NCBI GenBank assembly: GCA_039815375.1
Contig: JBCBZJ010000014.1
Span: 15,402 to 79,401, forward strand
DNA: 64,000 bases
Direction of reading: 5' to 3'
Source of the DNA: Verrucomicrobiota bacterium
GTDB taxonomy: Bacteria; Verrucomicrobiota; Verrucomicrobiia; Opitutales; Coraliomargaritaceae
Of this stretch, positions 20,216 to 28,312 are shown piece by piece. Below the pieces are notes generated by a model. The model was not told the DNA's origin. It saw only the letters and a list, made by a program, of their open reading frames with translations, and searched no databases. How positions within the stretch are numbered: position 1 is the stretch's first letter; every line of letters begins with the position of its first letter. The translations under genes were made by a program, and so were the position numbers.

Positions 20216-21940
20216 CTAAGCACCCACAGGTGCAAGTTGTGCCTCCCTGAACGCAACCGGATCGTATTTTAGATTCTTTGTTTCAGCAAAAGGCAACTCG
20301 ACCAAAGCACCAGGGTCGAGAGCGATGCCTTCGTCGGTGATGCCGCGCCAGGACAGGTCGGAATCCAAGGTATCGAGTTCAGATGCCATTCGCTGCCAGA
20401 CATAATCGAGTGTGGTAGCACTTGGTTTCCCGCCGGAAAGCAAGGCAGCAATCTTATCAAGGACGCGGTAATCAGGCTCGAGGCCCGATGAGCTCGGGAT
20501 CGCCATTTTAAATTTCTGAAGGCGGAAACTCTGATTGATAAAGGTGCCGTCTTTTTCGAACACCATCAGTGACGGGATCACGACGTCGGCAACTTTCGCC
20601 GTGTCATTTGTATGACTGCCTACATAGATGAGCTTAACTTTGCTGAGCAGTTCGGGCGCAACACCGAGAGCGGTGATGTCTTCATTGACGACCAGTATTG
20701 TCTTTACCGCACCAGAACTGATGTCGCGGGCGAGCGAACTCAACTCAGCCTCCGGAAGCTGATCAATCAGGCCGGTAACAAGTGCACCACGAAGGTTCGG
20801 CGTGCGATCCTCGGACTGAAGGAGTCCATCACCCTCACCACAGTGACTGACGAGAAAAACTTTCGCGCCGCTGCTTTCAGCAATGGTCTTATAGTAAAAT
20901 TGCTCTTCGACCGAGCTATGAGCTGAACCGACGATCGCAACATCTCCCGCCTTAAGACACTCTGCGGCAACGCGGGCGACTTCATCGGATGATTTGTAAA
21001 CACCACCCACGGTGTAGTGAGTGAGGCGGTCCTCGGATTCAACAGCCTTATAAAGCGCACGCCCGGAGTCGGTCATCCATGTGTCGTTGACCGCGTCGTT
21101 ACGGCGCGGAGTGATACGGTAGATTTTACCTTCACGGCTCCAAATCTCGGTATTCGTGCCTACGCTACTTTCAGTGCAGATGCTGTTGGTCCGCTTGAGG
21201 AACCAGACACGCATTTTAAAACGGAAATCAGTACTGGTCAGCGCACCTACCGGACAGATGTCGACCGTATTCAGCGAGTAATTGTTCTCCAGCTCTTTGC
21301 CGGGGTAACACGTCAGGGTCGAATATGTGCCACGATCGACAAAACCAAGCACATCGTCATCAGCGATTTCCTTGCTGAATCGAATACAGCGCGAGCAAAG
21401 AATGCAGCGTTCGTCGTCAAGCGTCACTCTTGGTCCAAGGCGCGTGCGCTTTGGTTTGACATTCTTTTCCTCGATAAAGCGGCTGTAGCCACGGCCATGT
21501 TCAGCGGAGAATTCCTGCAAACGGCACTCCCCCGCCTGATCGCAGATCGGGCAATCAAGCGGATGATTGATCAGAAGAAACTCCGTCACCCCGTTGCGCG
21601 ACTCCTGCACCATTGAAGACTTGGTTTTGATATGCATGCCCGGCGATGCATTGGTCGCACAACCAATTGTCGGCTTTGGAATCCAGCCAATCTTCTGCAC
21701 ACCATTTTCGTCAAGAATGGGTTCACCCGTCGCGCGGTCACGCATCGGCATGCCCATTTCGACGAGACACATGCGACAGTTCCCCGCGATTGAAAGCTTA
21801 GGGTGATAGCAATAATGCGGCACTTCTTTGCCCTTGCCTACCATCTTGACGGCTTCAATGACGTTGATGCCTTTCGGAACCTGAACGTCGCTGCCGTCGA
21901 TGTTGATCGTAATCAGATCCATTGTGCCGTTTTCGCTCAT
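20216..21940 (-). CDS. nuoG: NADH-quinone oxidoreductase subunit G (short form)
   Basis: CYHPKLSIAGNCRMCLV, NHPLDCPICDQAGEC, RCILCSRC, DICPVGAL; operon position. Confidence 0.93.
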   Translation of the reverse strand: MSENGTMDLITINIDGSDVQVPKGINVIEAVKMVGKGKEVPHYCYHPKLSIAGNCRMCLVEMGMPMRDRATGEPILDENGVQKIGWIPKPTIGCATNASPGMHIKTKSSMVQESRNGVTEFLLINHPLDCPICDQAGECRLQEFSAEHGRGYSRFIEEKNVKPKRTRLGPRVTLDDERCILCSRCIRFSKEIADDDVLGFVDRGTYSTLTCYPGKELENNYSLNTVDICPVGALTSTDFRFKMRVWFLKRTNSICTESSVGTNTEIWSREGKIYRITPRRNDAVNDTWMTDSGRALYKAVESEDRLTHYTVGGVYKSSDEVARVAAECLKAGDVAIVGSAHSSVEEQFYYKTIAESSGAKVFLVSHCGEGDGLLQSEDRTPNLRGALVTGLIDQLPEAELSSLARDISSGAVKTILVVNEDITALGVAPELLSKVKLIYVGSHTNDTAKVADVVIPSLMVFEKDGTFINQSFRLQKFKMAIPSSSGLEPDYRVLDKIAALLSGGKPSATTLDYVWQRMASELDTLDSDLSWRGITDEGIALDPGALVELPFAETKNLKYDPVAFREAQLAPVGA

Positions 21941-21942
21941 CT

Positions 21943-23307
21943 TTAAATCAGTGTCGTCTCCTTCGCAGGCTCAATGCCTTCCTTTCGTCGGGCAGCTTGA
22001 TCGCGCGCTTTTTCTACAAACTCGTCTTTGAATTTCGCAATGAAGCTTTGCACCGGCCATGCCGCCGCCTCACCAAAGGCGCAGATCGTGCGGCCTGCGA
22101 TCTGGTCGGCAATATCATTTAGCAGTTGTGCGTCTTCTTCCCGAGCATTGCCGTCGACCATGCGTTGGGTAATCTTACGCATCCAGGGAACACCCTCACG
22201 ACATGGGGTGCACTGACCGCAACTTTCGTGGGCGTAGAAATAATTAATGTTGGCGAGCGCCTCAACAATATCGGTGCTGTCGTCCATAATGATCACACCA
22301 CCAGAGCCTGACATCGAACCGACCGCAGCAAGGCTATCAAAATCCATAGGGATGTCTTCAATGCCCCAATCAAACTCGGTGCCATCCTTGAGCTTACCAG
22401 TGAAGCGCTCATCGGCCCGAAGGACCTTTGCGGAGGAGCCGCCAGGAATAACGGCCTTCAACTTACGACCGGGCTTGAGACCGCCACAGACGTCGTAGAT
22501 CAACTCGCCAAGCGTGATATCCGAACAGGCAAACTCATAATAACCGGGCTTCATCACGTGACCGGAAACACACCAGGTGCGAGTGCCAGTGTTTCCCTGC
22601 GTGCCAATGCCGGCGAATTCCTTACCACCCATCGCGACGATGTGTTTCACATCACAGAGGGTCTCAACATTATTTACAATGGTCGGGCACTGGTAGAGAC
22701 CGAGCGCCGCAGGAAAATACGGCGGCTTGATGCGAGGGTTCGCACGGTTACCTTCGAGGGACTCGATCAAACCGGTTTCTTCGCCACAAATGTAAGCGCC
22801 CGCACCACGGTGCACGATAATATCGCAGGAGTAATCGGAGCCGAGAATATTGTCGCCAAGAAAATTCTTCTCGCGTGCCTCCTCGATCGCTTTTTCGAGA
22901 ATGCGGTATCCTTGGAAGAACTCACCACGGATATAGATGAAGGCCAGCTTCGCCTGAATCGCAAAGGCTGAGATCATCATGCCTTCAATAAGCTGGTGCG
23001 GGTCCTTATGTATGATCTGACGGTCTTTAAATGTTCCAGGCTCCGATTCGTCAGCATTGCAAACAAGGTAGATTGGTTTGCCGGATTTTCGATCAAGGAA
23101 CTTCCACTTCATGCCGGCAGGGAAACCGGCACCACCTCTTCCACGCACGCCAGACTCCATAACTTCGGCACAGATGTCCTCCGGCTTCATCGTCACGGCC
23201 TTCTTCAAATCCTCATAGCCACCATGCTTGATATAGCAGTCGATGTCGTTGGTGTAGCCCGGCTCATCCGCGTACTTCATGATGAGCCTTGTTTCTTCGT
23301 GTGTCAT
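21943..23307 (-). CDS. nuoF: NADH-quinone oxidoreductase subunit F
   Basis: GRGGAGFP, CNADESEPGTFKDR, GAGAYICGEET, ESCGQCTPCREG; start placed at MTHEE (23307). Confidence 0.96.
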   Translation of the reverse strand: MTHEETRLIMKYADEPGYTNDIDCYIKHGGYEDLKKAVTMKPEDICAEVMESGVRGRGGAGFPAGMKWKFLDRKSGKPIYLVCNADESEPGTFKDRQIIHKDPHQLIEGMMISAFAIQAKLAFIYIRGEFFQGYRILEKAIEEAREKNFLGDNILGSDYSCDIIVHRGAGAYICGEETGLIESLEGNRANPRIKPPYFPAALGLYQCPTIVNNVETLCDVKHIVAMGGKEFAGIGTQGNTGTRTWCVSGHVMKPGYYEFACSDITLGELIYDVCGGLKPGRKLKAVIPGGSSAKVLRADERFTGKLKDGTEFDWGIEDIPMDFDSLAAVGSMSGSGGVIIMDDSTDIVEALANINYFYAHESCGQCTPCREGVPWMRKITQRMVDGNAREEDAQLLNDIADQIAGRTICAFGEAAAWPVQSFIAKFKDEFVEKARDQAARRKEGIEPAKETTLI

Positions 23308-23332
23308 GGTGGTTAGATTCTTCTTCTGAAAA

Positions 23333-23833
23333 TTAAGCAGTCGGCAGGCCATCGGAGAGCTCACCAGTCTTCATCTTGGTCGCCATTTCAGCGGCTCGAT
23401 CCGGATCGATATCGGTGTATTCTTCTTCGCCTATCATCACAACCGGAGCGCGGCCACAATCGGCATGGCATTCAACATATTCGAGCGTAACAAGACCGTC
23501 CTCACTGGTATGGCCGACCTTTACATTAAGTTCTTCTTCGAGGCGCTGGCAGGTCTGGTAAGCACCGGCAAGCGCGCAGGGGAGCGTGCGGCAGACACGA
23601 ACATGGTATTTCCCGGTCGGCTCAGTCCGCAGCATCGGGTAGAAAGTGACGATCTCTTTTATGTTGATCGGCGTGAGCTCCAGTCGCTCAGCAATCCACT
23701 CCATCGCTTCGTTCGACAGATAGCCCTGATCCTCTTGCACAAGATGGCAGAGCGGCAGCGCAGCGCTCCGCATCGTCGGGTAGCGCGGCACGAGTTTGTC
23801 AATCTTTTCGATGGTGGCAGGTTTCAGATTCAT
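23333..23833 (-). CDS. nuoE: NADH-quinone oxidoreductase subunit E
   Basis: TFYPM, CRTLPC...ECHADC 2Fe-2S ligands. Confidence 0.95.
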   Translation of the reverse strand: MNLKPATIEKIDKLVPRYPTMRSAALPLCHLVQEDQGYLSNEAMEWIAERLELTPINIKEIVTFYPMLRTEPTGKYHVRVCRTLPCALAGAYQTCQRLEEELNVKVGHTSEDGLVTLEYVECHADCGRAPVVMIGEEEYTDIDPDRAAEMATKMKTGELSDGLPTA

Positions 23834-23842
23834 GCAGAGGTT

Positions 23843-25084
23843 CTAACGATCACACTCGCCCATCACGAAATCGAGCGAGCCGAGGATTACGGTAATATCG
23901 GTCAGATAATGTCCGGGAATTAGTTTATCTAAAATACTCAGATTACAGAAAGACGGGCCACGTATCTTCAGGCGATAAGGCACCCCACCACCCTTTGAAA
24001 CGATGAAGAATCCAAGTGCACCTTTGGGATTCTCCGCTTCGAAATAGACTTCGCCCGCCGGAATCTGAGGGCCTTCGGTAACAATCATGAAATTTTGGAT
24101 CAGCTCTTCCATACTGGAGAGAACTTTGGCTTTGGGTGGGGCAAAAATCTTCTTGGCCTCCTCCGCGTAGAAGGGTCCCTCTGGAAACTTTTCAATGACC
24201 TGGCGGACGATGGAGACACTCTGGCGGATTTCCTCGGCGCGCATCAGGTATCGGTCGTAGCAGTCGCCCGTGGTGCCAACCGGAACTTCAAAATCGTATT
24301 TCTCGTATCCGAGATAGGGCTTGTCCTTGCGCAAATCGAGATCAACACCGCAGGCACGCAGGTTCGGGCCGGTTAAACCGTAAGCCAGAGCATCTTCTTT
24401 AGAAATCACGCCGATGCCCTCGGTGCGATCCATGAAAATACGGTTTCGGGTCAGGAGCTTATCAACTTGGTCGATGACTGGTATCACGCCATTGCAGAAC
24501 TCAAGAACGCGTCCAAGCCAACCTTCCGGAATATCGCGGGCCACGCCACCAATACGAGTATAGCTCGTCGTAAAGCGAGCACCGGTCAGCTCCTCGAAGA
24601 GGGTGTAAAGTTTCTCACGCTCAGTGAAAGTATACATGAACACGGTCCAAGCTCCGGCATCCATACCATAGACACCGACTCCAAGCAGATGGGAAGAAAT
24701 CCGGGCGAGCTCACAGCAGAGCACACGAATTGACTCGCAGCGCTCAGGCACTTCGAGATTAGCGAGCTTCTCGACTGCCATCGCGTAAGCAACGTTGTTG
24801 GCAAGTGGAGCAAGGTAGTCCAACCGGTCCGTATAGGGCACGAACTGATTGTAAGTCATATTCTCAGCGATCTTCTCATCGCCACGGTGAAGATAACCAA
24901 GCACAGGCTCACACTTTTTGATAACGTCGCCGTCCAGCTCCATCATAAGGCGAAGCACACCGTGAGTCGTCGGGTGGGAAGGCCCGACGTTGATGGCCAT
25001 AGTTTCACCAGAAAGCTCACCCTCGATTTCAGGAGAGCGGCCACTGGTGTCCGCAATAGTAAATTCCTTGGTAGTCGTGGCCAT
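23843..25084 (-). CDS. nuoD: NADH-quinone oxidoreductase subunit D
   Basis: GPSHPTTHGVLRL, GYLHRG.EK, DRLDY, LDFVMGECDR. Confidence 0.96.
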   Translation of the reverse strand: MATTTKEFTIADTSGRSPEIEGELSGETMAINVGPSHPTTHGVLRLMMELDGDVIKKCEPVLGYLHRGDEKIAENMTYNQFVPYTDRLDYLAPLANNVAYAMAVEKLANLEVPERCESIRVLCCELARISSHLLGVGVYGMDAGAWTVFMYTFTEREKLYTLFEELTGARFTTSYTRIGGVARDIPEGWLGRVLEFCNGVIPVIDQVDKLLTRNRIFMDRTEGIGVISKEDALAYGLTGPNLRACGVDLDLRKDKPYLGYEKYDFEVPVGTTGDCYDRYLMRAEEIRQSVSIVRQVIEKFPEGPFYAEEAKKIFAPPKAKVLSSMEELIQNFMIVTEGPQIPAGEVYFEAENPKGALGFFIVSKGGGVPYRLKIRGPSFCNLSILDKLIPGHYLTDITVILGSLDFVMGECDR

Positions 25085-25088
25085 GAAA

Positions 25089-25703
25089 CTAGTCGGTTGG
25101 TTTCTCCTTGATTTCAGTCCAGCTCTCGTCTTGGGCGCGTGGCTCAGTCTGGCTCATCGGCCCATCCGCAGAAGAGACGAATGGTCCACCCATCATCGGA
25201 GCGGGTAGGACAGAAGCTTTGGTTTGTTCCGCTACGTCGGCTGCAGGCAATGGCGTCTCGATCCCGGCCAGTGGAAATTCCTTGCGCAACGGGTGATATG
25301 GATATTCGTCCCACATCAGGATACGACGCAGGTCCGGATGTCCATCGTAACGAATGCCCATTAGGTCGTAAGTCTCCCGCTCGTGCCAGTTTGCCGCGGC
25401 GTAAAGATCGCAGAGTGAGGGGAGTATCGGGTGAATATCGTCCGCACAATCCGCAGCCACACGAAGATACTCGTGCGTGGATGAGGAAAGAAAATGGTAG
25501 ACCCCGGTGAATCGGGGGCTTTGGGCATCCCAGTCAATGGCTGTGACATCAAGTAGCATGTCATACCCGAACTCGTCGCGCAGAGCCGTGCACAATTCAA
25601 ATAGCCTATCCGCCGGGCAATTGACTGCAAGGTGGTCTGCTGACTCCCGTTCGATGAGAAAGTCGAAGCGCTCTTTCAACAGAGCAAATCTGCCCTCGCT
25701 CAT
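25089..25703 (-). CDS. nuoC: NADH-quinone oxidoreductase subunit C
   Basis: ANWHERETYDLMGI...GHPDLRRILM...HPLRKEFP. Confidence 0.95.
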   Translation of the reverse strand: MSEGRFALLKERFDFLIERESADHLAVNCPADRLFELCTALRDEFGYDMLLDVTAIDWDAQSPRFTGVYHFLSSSTHEYLRVAADCADDIHPILPSLCDLYAAANWHERETYDLMGIRYDGHPDLRRILMWDEYPYHPLRKEFPLAGIETPLPAADVAEQTKASVLPAPMMGGPFVSSADGPMSQTEPRAQDESWTEIKEKPTD

Positions 25704-25704
25704 C

Positions 25705-26250
25705 TTAGCTTGCCTTTCCAGCTCGGGCCATAAGTGGGGCTTCGGCCTTTCGGGCAGTCAAGTTCTTGACCGCGCTTTCGCGGCCGATCTTATCCTGCAA
25801 TTTCATCATAGCATCGAGAAGCGCTTCCGGGCGCGGTGGACAACCGCTTATATAAACATCAACAGGTATAATGCGATCCACCCCCTGCAAAGTGGCGTAG
25901 GAACGATACATACCTCCAGTGCTGGCGCAGGCACCCATGGCAACAACCCACTTTGGTTCTGCCATTTGCTCATAAATCCGCCGCACAACCTCAGCCATTT
26001 TGTAGGTCACCGTTCCGGCCACGATCATACAGTCCGCCTGTCTGGGCGAGAAACGCATCACCTCCATGCCGAAGCGGGAGATATCGAAACGTGAGCCGCC
26101 GGCTGCCATGAGCTCAATTGCGCAGCAGGCAAGCCCCATCGGCATCGGCCAAACCGAGTGTTTCCGAATCCAGTTGATGACAGCATCTGCCTGAGTGACA
26201 ATGACCTCACCCTCGACTTTGCTATCGTAAGCTATCGTCTGACCTTGCAT
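25705..26250 (-). CDS. nuoB: NADH-quinone oxidoreductase subunit B
   Basis: [30 protein letters not shown]. Confidence 0.96.
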   Translation of the reverse strand: MQGQTIAYDSKVEGEVIVTQADAVINWIRKHSVWPMPMGLACCAIELMAAGGSRFDISRFGMEVMRFSPRQADCMIVAGTVTYKMAEVVRRIYEQMAEPKWVVAMGACASTGGMYRSYATLQGVDRIIPVDVYISGCPPRPEALLDAMMKLQDKIGRESAVKNLTARKAEAPLMARAGKAS

Positions 26251-26357
26251 TTTTTCGTCCTAATTAGGGTGATGAATCGCCCTAATCGGTCAGAACTTAA
26301 TCCGCACTTTTACCCATGCAAGCTACAAGTGGGAAAAATCACGAGGGCAGTGGGAAC

Positions 26358-26387
26358 AAAAAAGCGCCTGCAGAAATCTGCAGGCGC
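26358..26387 (-). terminator. Rho-independent terminator
   Basis: GCGCCTGCAGA-tt-TCTGCAGGCGC followed by T6 on the minus strand, downstream of the gene ending at 26414. Confidence 0.8.
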
Positions 26388-26413
26388 CAGTTCAACAACA
26401 ACAATAAATTATT

Positions 26414-26923
26414 TTAATATTTTTTCTTCTTTTTCCAACCGGTTCCGGGGCCCTTTCGGTTGTCAGCAAAACGCAACTCACCATTTTCCTCACGATGTTC
26501 CACAATTAAGTCATGGGCTTCATCGGAAACATCTACATAAGCTCGGCCCTGAGGCAAAACATGGAACGTGCCACGTAAGCGATTTGTATCCGGACCACCT
26601 CTTTCACGATCCGGCACAGTGCCATATTTACGCATGAAACTGTCGACATCATCTTCGAGAACAGCAGCCAGGAGGGTGCCACCGCGAACTTTGTTGTCTT
26701 CGTCAACCGTATGAACGAGGAAAAAGACAACGCCATCGATCTTGGGACCGCCGTTGATACGTGAAACAAAAGTGCAGTCGACATCGATTTTTTCGCCATC
26801 GAAGGCTTCGGGGTCACTACGATAATGACGAGCTGAGTCGTCTCCGGCCTCGCTACCGGCAAAAGCGGAAGCGGTTAGAATAGTGGATACTAGAGCAAGA
26901 ATAATGTATTTCATTAATTTCAT
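26414..26923 (-). CDS. Secreted hypothetical protein (paralog of 54998-55897)
   Basis: MKLMKYIILALVSTILTASAFA signal peptide, Lys-rich C-terminus, own terminator; start moved from 27031 to 26923. Confidence 0.75.
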   Translation of the reverse strand: MKLMKYIILALVSTILTASAFAGSEAGDDSARHYRSDPEAFDGEKIDVDCTFVSRINGGPKIDGVVFFLVHTVDEDNKVRGGTLLAAVLEDDVDSFMRKYGTVPDRERGGPDTNRLRGTFHVLPQGRAYVDVSDEAHDLIVEHREENGELRFADNRKGPGTGWKKKKKY

Positions 26924-27039
26924 ATTGTGCGGGGTTCGGTTAATGACTCGTTTGCGAATGCGAAAGGAGTATCGAAACGAAAAAATAAAAGTTTCAAAAA
27001 ATATTCGAAAGGCCAGCCCAGTCGGATTCACTTAAGAAC

Positions 27040-27378
27040 ATGCCGACTTATCTTTATCAGGAAATTCTCCCGGACGGTGCCGAAGGCGATTGCTTTGAAG
27101 TCGTTCAGCGCATGTCTGATGCGCCACTAAAAACCCACCCACAGAACGGAAATCCGGTGCGCAAAGTCTTTGTCGCGCCAAACCTGCCGACCAAATATAC
27201 CGAAGCGGCGACCAAAAGTAAGCTAACCAACGAAAACGTGGAGAAGCACGGCTTCACCCGATACGAAAAAGACAAAATCACCGGTCAATATCACAAGACC
27301 GCAGGCAAAGACAAACGAGCCCCGGACGTCGTCAACGCTGGTAAGCTCAAGGAGATGCAGCAAAAGGGCATCCTCTAG
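27040..27378 (+). CDS. FmdB-like zinc-ribbon family protein (Cys-poor variant)
   Basis: MPTY.Y...FEVVQRMSDAPL..HP..G.PVRKV pattern. Confidence 0.7.
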   Translation: MPTYLYQEILPDGAEGDCFEVVQRMSDAPLKTHPQNGNPVRKVFVAPNLPTKYTEAATKSKLTNENVEKHGFTRYEKDKITGQYHKTAGKDKRAPDVVNAGKLKEMQQKGIL

Positions 27379-27380
27379 AG

Positions 27381-28262
27381 ATGAATGAGGCCCTGAAATC
27401 GGCTCTCTCTGTAGCCATTTCCAAAAAGAAGGGGCAAATTTTCAACATTTCGGATTATCGTAGTCAGGGAGGTGGCTGCATCAATGAAGCCTACCTTGTT
27501 GGCAACGGCACCACCCAATTTTTCGTAAAACTCAATGCAGCCTCCCTACTGCCCATGTTTGAAGCAGAGGAAGCGGCACTGAAAGAACTATCAGACGCTC
27601 ACGCAATCCGCGTCCCTAATCCTATCTCTGAAGGCATCGCGTCCAACCGAAGCTATCTCATCCTTGAGGCCCTGCCCTTCGGAACCGCTCACTCTGGTAG
27701 TTGGGAAAAGATGGGGCGGCAACTCGCCCAGCTCCACCGAGTAACCGCAGACCGCTTCGGTTGGCATCGCAACAACGTCATCGGCAGCACGCACCAGCAC
27801 AACAACTGGACGAACGATTGGCCCACTTTCTTTCGCGAGCAGAGGCTGCGTCCGCAGTTTGAACTTGCCCGGCAAAACGGCTTCCATTTTCCGCAAGCCG
27901 AAGAGCTGCTGGGCGAAATCGAAAGCCTGCTGACTGGCCACTCACCTTCCCCATCCCTTCTCCACGGAGATCTCTGGTCGGGTAATGCCGGTTTTCTCAC
28001 GGATGGCACTCCAGTGGTTTTCGACCCTGCTGCCTATTATGGCGACCGCGAGACCGATCTGGCCTTTAGCGAGTTCTTCGGAGGGTTCCCCGCCGCGTTC
28101 TACACAGCCTACGAGAGGGAATGGCCCCTCACAACAGGCTACGAGAAACGCAAAGATCTCTACAATCTCTACCATGTCCTCAATCATGCCAATCTGTTCG
28201 GCGGAGGTTATGCCTCACAAACAAGTAGCATGATTTCAAACTTACTGGCCGGAAAACCTTGA
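27381..28262 (+). CDS. Fructosamine/ketosamine-3-kinase family protein
   Basis: GGGCIN, FFVKLN, FGW..NN.IG, PSLLHGDLWSGN, FDPA.YYGDRETDLA, YNLYHVLNH.NLFG. Confidence 0.92.
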   Translation: MNEALKSALSVAISKKKGQIFNISDYRSQGGGCINEAYLVGNGTTQFFVKLNAASLLPMFEAEEAALKELSDAHAIRVPNPISEGIASNRSYLILEALPFGTAHSGSWEKMGRQLAQLHRVTADRFGWHRNNVIGSTHQHNNWTNDWPTFFREQRLRPQFELARQNGFHFPQAEELLGEIESLLTGHSPSPSLLHGDLWSGNAGFLTDGTPVVFDPAAYYGDRETDLAFSEFFGGFPAAFYTAYEREWPLTTGYEKRKDLYNLYHVLNHANLFGGGYASQTSSMISNLLAGKP

Positions 28263-28312
28263 ACTGGCGTGATTGATTTTCGGAGGACCCATTCGAAATC
28301 AAAGTAAGTGTT

